64,000 nt of DNA, taken from assembly GCA_965199495.1 (NCBI GenBank), contig CBDASK010000003.1, positions 928,001-992,000 of the forward strand, read 5' to 3'. Below, one piece after another: positions 1 through 8,900 of this stretch. Every line of letters begins with the position of its first letter. Positions within the stretch are counted from its first letter, which is position 1. This stretch comes from Abditibacterium sp. (GTDB lineage: Bacteria; Armatimonadota; Abditibacteriia; Abditibacteriales; Abditibacteriaceae). The notes under the pieces were generated by a model. It had not been told where the DNA came from and searched no databases. It saw only the letters and a program-made list of their open reading frames with translations. The position numbers and the translations under genes are program-made.

Positions 1-299
1 TGAGCGAAGGCGCTTTGCACGGCTACGCGATTGCGCGCGAAGTCGAGCGGCGCAGCGAAAACGCGCTCGCGTTGCGCGAAGGTTCGCTTTATCCGACATT
101 GCGTGATTTAGAAACCAACGGTTACATCGTCGGCCAGTGGGACGATGCAGCCACGCCGACTGGCACACCCGCGCGCAAAACCTACAAATTGACGGCGGCG
201 GGCCAAACCGAACTCGAAAAACGCGCGCAAGAATGGCAAATTTACGCGCGCGCCTTGAATGGATTTTTAGGAGGAAAACTCGATGTCAAGAACACCTGA
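1..299 (+). CDS. PadR-family transcriptional regulator (5' truncated by window edge)
   Basis: HGYAIAREVERRS...EGSLYPTLRDLE...RKTYKLTAAG winged-helix PadR motifs; frame is open back to the window start. Confidence 0.93.
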   Translation, partial: SEGALHGYAIAREVERRSENALALREGSLYPTLRDLETNGYIVGQWDDAATPTGTPARKTYKLTAAGQTELEKRAQEWQIYARALNGFLGGKLDVKNT

Positions 300-1011
300 A
301 GCTCAATCACTCGAAATTTATCTGTCGCAAATCGAACGCGAACTGCGCGATTTGCCCGCACAAGCGCACGCCAATGAAATGCGCGAAATCGAAGCGCATT
401 TAAGCGCGCTGGTTTTGGCTGGTCAACAGTTAGAAAATCTCAGTCATGCGCAAGCCACAGCGGTGGCGCTCAAGCAGTTTGGAGCGCCGCGCGCAATCGG
501 GCGTAAATTGCGCAAAGCGTGGGAGCGCAAGCAACCAGAAGCGTGGTGGCGCGTGATTGTGGCGCCCATCGCGGGTTCAGCTTTCATCGCCATATCTATT
601 CTAACGATAGATATGATTTCAGCGAGCCTTGGTAACGTGAATTATAACTTTGGATCTTTCGCCTTTTATTTTTGGACGATTTTAGGTGTTCTACTCCCGT
701 TTTTTGTGGCGGGATTTATAGCCAGTGTTCTCTCTCCCAAACGTGGAATTATTCTAACCGCTCTCTATGGCTTCCTCGCGATTTGTGGGCTTACTATAAT
801 TCATTCTTTTATCAAACAGGCAGGAGACACCGATTCAATCATAACGAAGTGGTTCTATACGATGGTTTTGTATGGAGTTATATCCACAATCGCTTGTTGG
901 TCGGGGACAATATTTGGCACTCGTCATGGCGGAAAATTTCTCGATTACATCACGGCGAGCCGGAAATCCCTCGCCCGTATAGCAGGAGGAAAACTCAATG
1001 TTCAACTCTGA
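283..1011 (+). CDS. HAAS/permease-prefix-like domain membrane protein, paralog 1
   Basis: N-term YL..IERELRDLP...EMREIEAHL...QFG.P..IG..L helical domain followed by about 4 hydrophobic segments; overlaps padR; SD AGGAGG. Confidence 0.8.
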   Translation: MSRTPEAQSLEIYLSQIERELRDLPAQAHANEMREIEAHLSALVLAGQQLENLSHAQATAVALKQFGAPRAIGRKLRKAWERKQPEAWWRVIVAPIAGSAFIAISILTIDMISASLGNVNYNFGSFAFYFWTILGVLLPFFVAGFIASVLSPKRGIILTALYGFLAICGLTIIHSFIKQAGDTDSIITKWFYTMVLYGVISTIACWSGTIFGTRHGGKFLDYITASRKSLARIAGGKLNVQL

Positions 1012-1618
1012 AATCACTTCGTTGGAAACTTATCTTTCGCAAATCGCCCGCGAATTACGCGATTTGCCAGCGCAAGCGCGCACCGACGAAATGCGCGAAA
1101 TCGAAGGGCATTTGCGCGCGCTCGTGTTGGCAAGTCAACAACTAGAAAAAATCAGTCACGCCGATGCGACAGCTTTGGCGCTGAAGCAGTTTGGCGCGCC
1201 GCGTGGCATCGGCAGCAAATTGCGTAAAGCGTGGAAGCGCAAACAACCCGAAGCATGGTGGCGCGCGATATTAGCACCAATAATTTTGGCGACTTCTTAC
1301 TTTTTTGGCGGAAGCGCACTGATGCAATTGTTTTTCGCTTTTGCCCCTAATTTCTATGGCATTTACTATGTCCTGATTGCCATTATCTGTTTCGTAACTT
1401 TTACAGGTAGTTATATCGCTGGCTTAATTTCGCCTAAACGTAGTTTGTTTGGAATCGCAGCTCTTCTTCTCTCGCTGACATTGAACGGTCTTTTCACAGA
1501 AGATTTTCTAAACTTTCAATGGTTAATCTCACACATAATAATTTGTATGTCCGCCACAATGGGAGCTTACTTCGGCGCACGCTTCAGCAGAAAACGCGCT
1601 ATTGCCAGAACGCTCTAA
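998..1618 (+). CDS. HAAS/permease-prefix-like domain membrane protein, paralog 2
   Basis: N-terminal ~88 aa highly similar to paralog 1, divergent TM C-terminus; same AGGAGGAAAACTC-N-ATG junction. Confidence 0.8.
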   Translation: MFNSEITSLETYLSQIARELRDLPAQARTDEMREIEGHLRALVLASQQLEKISHADATALALKQFGAPRGIGSKLRKAWKRKQPEAWWRAILAPIILATSYFFGGSALMQLFFAFAPNFYGIYYVLIAIICFVTFTGSYIAGLISPKRSLFGIAALLLSLTLNGLFTEDFLNFQWLISHIIICMSATMGAYFGARFSRKRAIARTL

Positions 1619-1660
1619 AAGTGTACGATAGGCGCGCGCCTATCGTACACTTTTAGAGCG
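1611..1660. repeat. Perfect 50-bp palindrome with no loop
   Basis: cgctctaaaagtgtacgataggcgc followed directly by its reverse complement. Confidence 0.95.
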
Positions 1661-1768
1661 CTCGCGTTTCGTGTAGATTATCAGCGACCATTGTGCGCCT
1701 CGACAGATTTTTGGAGAAAAATACCAATGTCAAAAGCACCTGAAGTTCAATCACTGGAAAGTTACTTA

Positions 1769-2630
1769 ACCAATGGTGCGGATGGGTTTAGAGCTTAAAC
1801 TGGGCCAAACACAGTTGTGTTTCTCCGCTCCAGTCGAAGCAGAGATTGCAAACCGCGCAGGTATAAGCCAATCGGGCTTTGAGCGGTTCAAGCAGCCGAT
1901 GGGCGAGCTTCTTCATCCTCAAGACGGTTGTGAACAAAGAGAAGAGCGTTTCGACGATCATGCGGTCGTTCCACTGTCCCTTACGACAGATTTTGAGGTT
2001 TTCCGGGTCGCCCTCACGGGCGTGAAAGCCCCCATCTCCAAACACAATCGTCTATTCTTTCACAGACTCGATGAGCGGATGGAAGGCGCTGTCATGCACG
2101 CCCGCCCCATCCACGCGAAAGCCCACGATGCGCCCCAGATTGTCGGTCAATACGCACACTTTGGCTCCGACAATCCAGCGGTGCAGGCTCTTGCCTTTGC
2201 GCGCGACTTGGCGCTGCGTGCGCCGCTCGCGCCACGGATGCACCAGCTCGATGCCATAGGAGTCCACGATGCCAAAGAGCGTGGCCTTTACCAGAAAGCG
2301 TTGGCAAAGTTCCTGATAAGTCACGAACAAACGGAACAGGCGTGTGCGTTCGGGCAGCCGGGGAAAGAGCGGGCCTAACTCGCGCCGCACCCAGCGATCA
2401 AAGGCGCGATTGCCTTCGCCGCGCAGCACTTGCAGCATCGCCAGTGTCACAACTTCGCTGGGATGAAGCAGGGAAAACGGGTGTTTCTCTTGGTCGAATA
2501 ACCCATCATCGACACGGCAAAACAGGGCAATGGTAAAATCAATTGTGGTCATCGGGGAGGCTCTTTGGTGTTTTGGTCAACCTCAAAGTTTGCCGTCCCG
2601 ATGACTCCTTCGCATACCCGCACCATTGGT
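1769..2630 (-). mobile_element. IS982-like insertion sequence (~860 bp)
   Basis: Terminal inverted repeats accaatggtgcgg / ccgcaccattggt; flanking direct repeat TACTTA (or GTTACTTAAC if ends are drawn at 1771/2628); encloses transposase. Confidence 0.88.
1788..2552 (-). pseudogene. IS982-like DDE transposase with in-frame amber stop at 2052-2054
   Basis: ORFs 2052-2552 and 1788-2045 share one frame (KE*TIVFGDGGF); motifs SEVVTLA, DS, VG.K, HD, GDGGF, R..VETLFS. Confidence 0.85.
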
Positions 2631-3213
2631 TACTTAACGCAAATCGCCCATGAACTGCGCGACTTGCCGCCGCAAGCACGAGCTGACGAAATGCGCGAAA
2701 TCGAAGCGCATTTGCGCGTGATGATCGAAGCGCGCGGCGACGTGGCTGGGGTGTTGGCGCAGTTTGGCAAACCGCGTAAAGTCGGGCGCGATTTGCGCCG
2801 CGCGTGGGAGCGCAAACAACCCGAAAGTTGGATGCGTTGTCCTTGGGCTTTGATTCTCGGTTGCACTTTCGCGGGCTGGCACGATCACATGACGTATAAG
2901 CTCTGTTCACTTCATGCCATCCAAAATTTCTTCGTCGCGCACTCTATCTTCAAAATAAACGCGGTTGAAGTCGTCATTTCTCTGTTTGTCGGCCTTCTCA
3001 TCGGCTTGATTTCTCCGCGAAGAAAGTTCGCCTTCATCGCCGTTACAATCGCGTTGATGGCTATTTTCGACGCACGTCCCTACAACATCTATTGGAGCGA
3101 TTTGTTGATCACGACTCCGCTAAGATACGAAATTTTGATTCCTTTTCTTATGGGAGGCGCCCTCATCGGCGCAAGCAACGCGAAAAAGATTGACATCGCT
3201 CGCGCCAGATAGT

Positions 3214-3249
3214 AAAAGCACCGCAAGCTCATCGCTTGCGGTGCTTTTT
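3214..3249 (+). terminator. Intrinsic terminator hairpin
   Basis: aaaagcaccgcaagc-tcatc-gcttgcggtgcttttt directly after the stop at 3212. Confidence 0.8.
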
Positions 3250-3313
3250 GCGGGTTTCTTGGCACGAACACAGTTTTTCAATTGAGAAGCGGTAAACTAT
3301 AACTGCTGTCTCC

Positions 3314-5035
3314 ATGCCCCCTCGTTCTCGTTTTCGGCGCGATTTAATCGCGCTTTTGCTTTGTTCGTCCCCAACTCTAACGGCGCGCGCCCAAACGCCC
3401 GCGCCAGTTCCGGCAGTTGTGCCGACGCCGGTTGCGCCCGTCAGACCGGCGCCGACTTCGCCGCTCACGCCCGAACCGGCCTCGCCGACGGTCGAGCCGC
3501 GTCCGCTCGTGCCGCCCAACGCGACGCCGCCTTCGACGGGTAACGTCGGGCCGACTTCGCCGCCCGAAGCGACAACGCCGCCCACAACAACAGCCACGCC
3601 GACGACGCCCGGCGACAATCCAGCCAGTCCACTCGCGCCCAACGCCGCCGCAACCCAAGGCGCGCCCGCGAACTTGCCAGCGAATGCGCCGGATGGAAAC
3701 ACGAAAGACGCGACACCCACCAAGACGCAACCGAAGTTGCCCGCGCGTGGCACGATGGAAGTGACGGGCGACGCGGCTTCGATGTCGGTGTTCGCGGTCA
3801 GCGTGGATGCGCCGCAGCTTTTGACGGCGATTGCGGCGCGCGCCAACTTAAAATTGGTCGTGGACGACACGGTTTCGCGTTTGATTACGTTGTCGGTCAA
3901 AGACAAACCGGCGCGCGAAATCATCTCGTCCATCGCGGGCGCCTACGGTTTGGCCGCCGCCGATGTCGGCGGCGTGACATTAGTTTCCGAGGGCATTCCG
4001 CGCACGCCGTCGAGTTATTTGCTGTCGGACATCGATCAGATTTCGACCAAATACGTGGACGCCCAGAATGCGCGCAACCTGTTGCCGGTGTTTTTGCAGG
4101 ATTACGTCAAAGTCAATTCGTCGCAAAACGCCGTGGTTTTGAGCGCGCCCGCCGAAGTTCTGCGCAAGTTCCGCGACGACATCGCCGGTTTCGATATTCC
4201 CGCCGCGCAAATTACCGTGGACTTGTTGTTGGTCGAATTCACCGAATCGGGTTTGGATCAACTCAATCTCAACCTCAGTTATTCCAACGCGGGCGGGCAG
4301 ATTAATTTTTCGCCAAGTCAGGGTTCGCTTTCCTTTCGTTCGCTGACGACGTTGCCCGATCAGTTTTTGGCGCAATTGTCGGCTTTGCAGCAAAAGGGCG
4401 AGGCGCGCGTGCGAGCCAACCCGCGCATCGCGACGGTTTCGGGGCGAACCGCCTCGATTTTTGTCGGTCGCCAACGTTATATCGTGACGCCGATTGATAC
4501 CGGTAACGGCCAGAGCAACCACATTGACGCCGGTGTGCGTTTGCAAATCACACCTTACACCGGCGGCGAAAAACAGATTATCGTGGACGTGAATACCGAG
4601 GTTTCGACTTTATCGGCCCTCGATCCGGTTACGCGATTGCCGGAAAAATCAACGCGCACCGCCAACACCAAAGTGCGCGTGGCGGATGGCCAAACCATCG
4701 TCATCGGCGGCCTGCGCCAGCAGGAAACCAGCAACACCACCACCAAAGTCCCGATTTTAGGCGACCTGCCGTTGCTGGGGCCGCTCTTGTTTCGCTCGCG
4801 CAACAAGCGCACGACCAACAAGGAATTGGTGTTGTTCATCACGCCGCGTTTGCTGTCGGATACCGGGCATTTGCCCGCCGACGAAGAGAAAAAACTCAAA
4901 GATCGCTTTTTGGCGCCCGACCTGAGCGCGCCCTTGCCTCCGCCCAACTTCGAGCGACCCAATGTGCCAATGCCGGGCGAAACGACGAATGAATCGGCTC
5001 CAGTTGACGATGTTAATCCGATGGTGAAACCGTGA
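3314..5035 (+). CDS. Secretin-family outer membrane protein 1 (signal peptide, Pro/Thr-rich linker, N domains, secretin core)
   Basis: RVRANPRIATVSG, GVRLQITP, V.DGQTIVIGGL, KVPILGDLPLLGPLLF, ELVLFITPRLL secretin motifs. Confidence 0.9.
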   Translation: MPPRSRFRRDLIALLLCSSPTLTARAQTPAPVPAVVPTPVAPVRPAPTSPLTPEPASPTVEPRPLVPPNATPPSTGNVGPTSPPEATTPPTTTATPTTPGDNPASPLAPNAAATQGAPANLPANAPDGNTKDATPTKTQPKLPARGTMEVTGDAASMSVFAVSVDAPQLLTAIAARANLKLVVDDTVSRLITLSVKDKPAREIISSIAGAYGLAAADVGGVTLVSEGIPRTPSSYLLSDIDQISTKYVDAQNARNLLPVFLQDYVKVNSSQNAVVLSAPAEVLRKFRDDIAGFDIPAAQITVDLLLVEFTESGLDQLNLNLSYSNAGGQINFSPSQGSLSFRSLTTLPDQFLAQLSALQQKGEARVRANPRIATVSGRTASIFVGRQRYIVTPIDTGNGQSNHIDAGVRLQITPYTGGEKQIIVDVNTEVSTLSALDPVTRLPEKSTRTANTKVRVADGQTIVIGGLRQQETSNTTTKVPILGDLPLLGPLLFRSRNKRTTNKELVLFITPRLLSDTGHLPADEEKKLKDRFLAPDLSAPLPPPNFERPNVPMPGETTNESAPVDDVNPMVKP

Positions 5036-5074
5036 ATGTGTTGTTCTGGTTATGGTGTCAGGCCATTGCGGTTT

Positions 5075-5266
5075 GTTTGAGGCGACTATTATTCACACCC
5101 CCACTGCGCTTCGCGCATCTCCCCCTCCGAGAGGGGAAGAATGCGCTTTTGCCGTTCGTCACTCGCGTTATTTTTGGCTATGTCGAGAGTAAAAGCGCAT
5201 TCTTCCCCTCTCGGAGGGGGAGATGCGCGAAGCGCAGTGGGGGTGTGAATAATAGTCGCCTCAAAC
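5075..5266. repeat. Long inverted repeat (76-bp perfect arms, 40-bp spacer), CACCCCC...GAGGGG family
   Basis: 5075-5150 is the exact reverse complement of 5191-5266; core shared with 9675-9918. Confidence 0.95.
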
Positions 5267-6972
5267 TCGCGCTTCTCGTCTGCCTAATATTACTAACCGC
5301 CCTTCCCAGCCACGCGCAACTGGCGACTTCGTATTTGACCATTACTGGCATCACAGTCAAGCGTTTGCCCAACGCGGTGCAGGTGCGCATCGAAACCGAT
5401 GGCACGCCGCGTTTTGGTACCGATTTGAACGATTTCATAGATTTGAGCAACTTTTCGCCCAAGCCGACGCAGAGCTTACGCATTCGCGTTGTCGGCGCGA
5501 TTTCGCATTTGCCCGCTTATGTCCCGCTCGATGCCTATCCGCTCGATGGCGCGATAGTTTCGCCGGGACGCAGCAATTTTGCGAACCCCTATTTCACCAA
5601 CGGCGCCGGAAATCAGCCCGAACCGCGCGTGGACATCGAGCTTCGTTTTGCCACGCCCGTCACGGCGCAACAGTTTTCGGTCAACATCGGCGATAACGGC
5701 ATTCGGTTCAGTCAATACGCGGGGCCGCTGCAATATTCGGTCGAGCCTTCCAGAGACGGGCGCGCCATTGTGCTGACGGTGATTCCCGACCGCGCCGATT
5801 TAAGCGCGGTCGAGCGATTGAATCGTTCGCCGCAGCAAAACCGCCAGAGCAAAATCGAAGTCAGCGCCAATGCCGACAGCACGTTGCGCGTGTTGGCGCT
5901 GCACGCTCCGTTACGCGATTTGTTGGGCAAAGCCAGCGAAAAAAGCGGCGTGCCCTTTCTCACGCGCGACGACGTGGCTGCTCTCGACATCTCGCTATTT
6001 TTGCCGCACGCGACGCTGGCCGAACTGCTGGACGCGTTGCAAACCGGCTACAATCTGGGTGGTCTCATCCAAAACGGTTCACTGGTGTTGGGGCGCGGCG
6101 ACGAGTTTCTGGAAGCGCGCAGTTTGCCACTTTACAATTTGGCGCCCAGCACGGCGCGCTTGCTGTTCCCCGATTTTTTGTTGCCTGCACTGCGTCCCGA
6201 TCCGCAGGGCAACGCCTTGGTGGCCACCGGCTCGCCCGCGCTGTTGCAGCGCATCGCCAGCGATTTGAAACAGTTGGACGCGCCGCGCGCGCAATTCGAG
6301 ATCGAGGCGCAAATCTGGGAACTCAATTCGCAGCGCGATTTGAACGACGCGCTGCAATTTACGCGCAGCGTGGGCCGCGACCGCGAAACGGTAGATTTCG
6401 GCGCGGGCACCGCCAGCGTGCGCGTTGAAAGTGAACAGACCGACCAACTGTTGTTCAACTTGCAACTGCTGGCGCGGCGCGGGCGCGGGCGTTTGAGTTC
6501 GGCGCCGCGCGTTACGGTTTTGGCGGGCGAAAGCGGCTCGATATTTCTGGGCCAGACGCGCTATATTCTGGTTTTGCAACAGCGCGGAAACGAACAGGTT
6601 TCGCAGGCGTTGCCGCTGCAAATCGGCACCAATTTAAAAGTGACCGCTCGCGGCTCGCTCAACCCCGATGACCCAATCGCCCTCGAAGTCGCGCCGCGCG
6701 TTTCAACCGTGGACGCCCTCGAAACCGGCACCAGTCTGCCGACGCTTGGCATTCGCGAAGTCAGCGCCAATGTGCGCATTGACCCCGACCAAAGCGTCAT
6801 TATCGCCGGACTTGATTCGGCGATTGACAGTCAGACGAATGGCACAGCCTTCAAACTTTTCCCGACGCGCCGCTCCAATCGCGAGCAACAAAAATTACTT
6901 GTCGTCGTTAAAGCGCGTCGCGTCGGTTCGGCTTCACCAGCCACGGCGACGGCACTGGCCCAACGTCAGTAA
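5245..6972 (+). CDS. Secretin-family protein 2, divergent (start GTG 5245; GTG 5032 is also in frame)
   Basis: Signal peptide MNNSRLKLALLVCLILLTALPSHA; Secretin_N-like GNALVATGSP..L..I...LKQLD.P; secretin core motifs, but the KVP.LGD.P motif is absent. Confidence 0.8.
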   Translation: MNNSRLKLALLVCLILLTALPSHAQLATSYLTITGITVKRLPNAVQVRIETDGTPRFGTDLNDFIDLSNFSPKPTQSLRIRVVGAISHLPAYVPLDAYPLDGAIVSPGRSNFANPYFTNGAGNQPEPRVDIELRFATPVTAQQFSVNIGDNGIRFSQYAGPLQYSVEPSRDGRAIVLTVIPDRADLSAVERLNRSPQQNRQSKIEVSANADSTLRVLALHAPLRDLLGKASEKSGVPFLTRDDVAALDISLFLPHATLAELLDALQTGYNLGGLIQNGSLVLGRGDEFLEARSLPLYNLAPSTARLLFPDFLLPALRPDPQGNALVATGSPALLQRIASDLKQLDAPRAQFEIEAQIWELNSQRDLNDALQFTRSVGRDRETVDFGAGTASVRVESEQTDQLLFNLQLLARRGRGRLSSAPRVTVLAGESGSIFLGQTRYILVLQQRGNEQVSQALPLQIGTNLKVTARGSLNPDDPIALEVAPRVSTVDALETGTSLPTLGIREVSANVRIDPDQSVIIAGLDSAIDSQTNGTAFKLFPTRRSNREQQKLLVVVKARRVGSASPATATALAQRQ

Positions 6973-7076
6973 ACTTTCACACCTCCCAATGGACTCGCGC
7001 GACCAAAACAGATCTTGTTTGCTGTTAAAGCGAAAATAACTTTGTGCGCTCTTCCAAACTCTTCCTCGTTTTCTTG

Positions 7077-8789
7077 ATGCTCCCATTTCTTTCTCTGCGC
7101 TTCGGGCGCACTTGTCTCAGATTAAGTTTTCTTTTAATAATTTCAATCTGTTTTTGTAAGGGTTTTCCCGCTTGCGCGCAAGGGGCAGCTTACACTAACA
7201 TTAAATCTGTAACAACCAGAGCATTATCCAACGGCGTGCAAATCACGATTCAGGCCGACGGGATTTTGCAATACCGCGACGTTGATTCCGACGGCAACAA
7301 AATGGGGGCTTATTTTCCTGCCGCACGCAATGGGACGGGGAAAAATTTCATCAATCTCAATACCTATCCGGTTTCTTCGATTCAGCTTTCGACGCCGCAG
7401 GGCGCAACAAACGGCATTGGGCTACGCATTGACATCACCAACTTTGTCAGCACGCGCGCTTCGGTGACGCAGACGCCCAATGGTCAGGGCGTGTTGTTCA
7501 CCATTCAATCCGACCGCACTCTGCCCGGTGGCCGTGGCGGCGACAACAACGCGGCGACCAAAGCGCCCGACGATTTGAGCGCCGAGGTGACTTTCGATGG
7601 CAAATTAATTTCGGTGCGCGCGGTGAAAGCCGACATTCAGGAGTTGATGGCTTCGATTGCGCAAAAGACCGGTTTGTCTATCGCCGTTGACGATGCCGTC
7701 AGTCGTAAAGTCAGTCTCAATTTGCAAAACGTCGAGCCGCAAAGCGCGGTCAACACGATTGCGGCAGCTTACGGATTGGCCCTCGCGCCGATCAATGGAA
7801 TTCTGGTGTTGACCGAGGGCGTGCCAACCGATTTGGCGACTTATCGCTCGTCGGAGACCCAGAGTTTTCGGATTCAAAACGGTCAGGCGGGGCAACTTTC
7901 GGGATTGTTGCCCAACTTTTTGTATTCCTACGTCAAGGTCAACGGCGAGCAAAACGCGATTGTGGTGACGGCGCCATCGCAAATGCTGGACAAAATTGGA
8001 GCGGATTTGCGCCGGGTTGACGTGCCCGCGCCGCAAATTTCCATCGAAGCTATCGCGGTCGAGTTGTCCGATTCCAACGATTTGGACATCGGTTTGCGGC
8101 TGGGCAATCCCGACCAAAACAGCTTCGATTCGTTCGATGTGGGAGCCGGACGAGTGACGTTTAACACGATTGGCAAACTGCCGAGGAGTTTTGAGGCGAG
8201 CTTGAAAGCGTTGGAATTGAAGGGCAAAGCGCGCGTGCGGGCGCGGCCACAAATGGTGGTTGTCAACGGTGAAACGGCCAATCTTTTCATCGGTTCGCAG
8301 CGCTTTATCCTGACACAGTTCAACCAATCGGGTCAAACTCAAAACCGTATCCAGCCCGTTGATGTCGGTGTGAAGTTGTCGGTGACGCCCCTAACGGGCG
8401 GCAACGGCGAGATAACGGCGCGCGTCGCGCCCGAAGTTTCCAACATTACCGAGTTGGATTTACAAACCGGTTTGCCCGTGCTCTCGACCCGCCGTAGCGA
8501 TACGACGGTGCGCGTGCAGGACGGCGAAACCATTGTGATTGGCGGCTTGACGCTCGATCAGGAACAGACGACCAAGGGCAAAATTCCGTTCTTCGGAGAT
8601 TTGCCAATTTTGGGAGGTTTGTTCCGGTCGCGCAAAAAGACGACGGTCAAAACGGAGTTAGTTGTTTTTGTCACGCCCCATATCCTGAAAGATAACGGCG
8701 AGGCAATTGCAGCCAACGCGAACCTCGCGGGCACAGCCGCTTCGACAGAAGCAGCCACCGCGCTTCCTCCCAACGCGACGAAAGGGTGA
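7077..8789 (+). CDS. Secretin-family protein 3 with AMIN-like N-terminal domain (start 7044 or 7077)
   Basis: GVKLSVTP, VRVQDGETIVIGGL, KIPFFGDLPILGGLFRS, ELVVFVTPHIL. Confidence 0.9.
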   Translation: MLPFLSLRFGRTCLRLSFLLIISICFCKGFPACAQGAAYTNIKSVTTRALSNGVQITIQADGILQYRDVDSDGNKMGAYFPAARNGTGKNFINLNTYPVSSIQLSTPQGATNGIGLRIDITNFVSTRASVTQTPNGQGVLFTIQSDRTLPGGRGGDNNAATKAPDDLSAEVTFDGKLISVRAVKADIQELMASIAQKTGLSIAVDDAVSRKVSLNLQNVEPQSAVNTIAAAYGLALAPINGILVLTEGVPTDLATYRSSETQSFRIQNGQAGQLSGLLPNFLYSYVKVNGEQNAIVVTAPSQMLDKIGADLRRVDVPAPQISIEAIAVELSDSNDLDIGLRLGNPDQNSFDSFDVGAGRVTFNTIGKLPRSFEASLKALELKGKARVRARPQMVVVNGETANLFIGSQRFILTQFNQSGQTQNRIQPVDVGVKLSVTPLTGGNGEITARVAPEVSNITELDLQTGLPVLSTRRSDTTVRVQDGETIVIGGLTLDQEQTTKGKIPFFGDLPILGGLFRSRKKTTVKTELVVFVTPHILKDNGEAIAANANLAGTAASTEAATALPPNATKG

Positions 8790-8900
8790 GCGGATTTTGA
8801 ATGGATAAAGTTCAAAATCGGATTCCCGCAAAGTCGCGCGATGAGGAATACAACCGAAATCATTCGGCGGCAACGTGCGAATGATTTCAAGAGAACAATT

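Larger units (their letters stand above)
1727..3212 (+). pseudogene. HAAS-like membrane protein paralog 3, interrupted by IS (1727-1770 joined to 2639-3212)
   Basis: MSKAPEVQSLESYL at 1727 continues as TQIAHELRDLPPQARADEMREIEAHL after the IS; removing the IS and one target copy restores the frame. Confidence 0.9.

Noticed and set aside
2052..2054. Amber read-through (pyrrolysine or recoding) in the transposase
   Set aside because: TAG is an ordinary stop elsewhere in the window and no pyl genes are seen; a nonsense mutation is simpler.
1773..2378. 201-aa plus-strand ORF inside the IS
   Set aside because: Antisense to the transposase with no recognisable features.
283..3212. Diversity-generating retroelement behind the variable paralogs
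   Set aside because: No reverse transcriptase and no adenine-specific template/variable repeat pair seen.
3229..3933. 234-aa Gly-rich minus-strand ORF
   Set aside because: Mirror of the Pro-rich linker of secretin 1.
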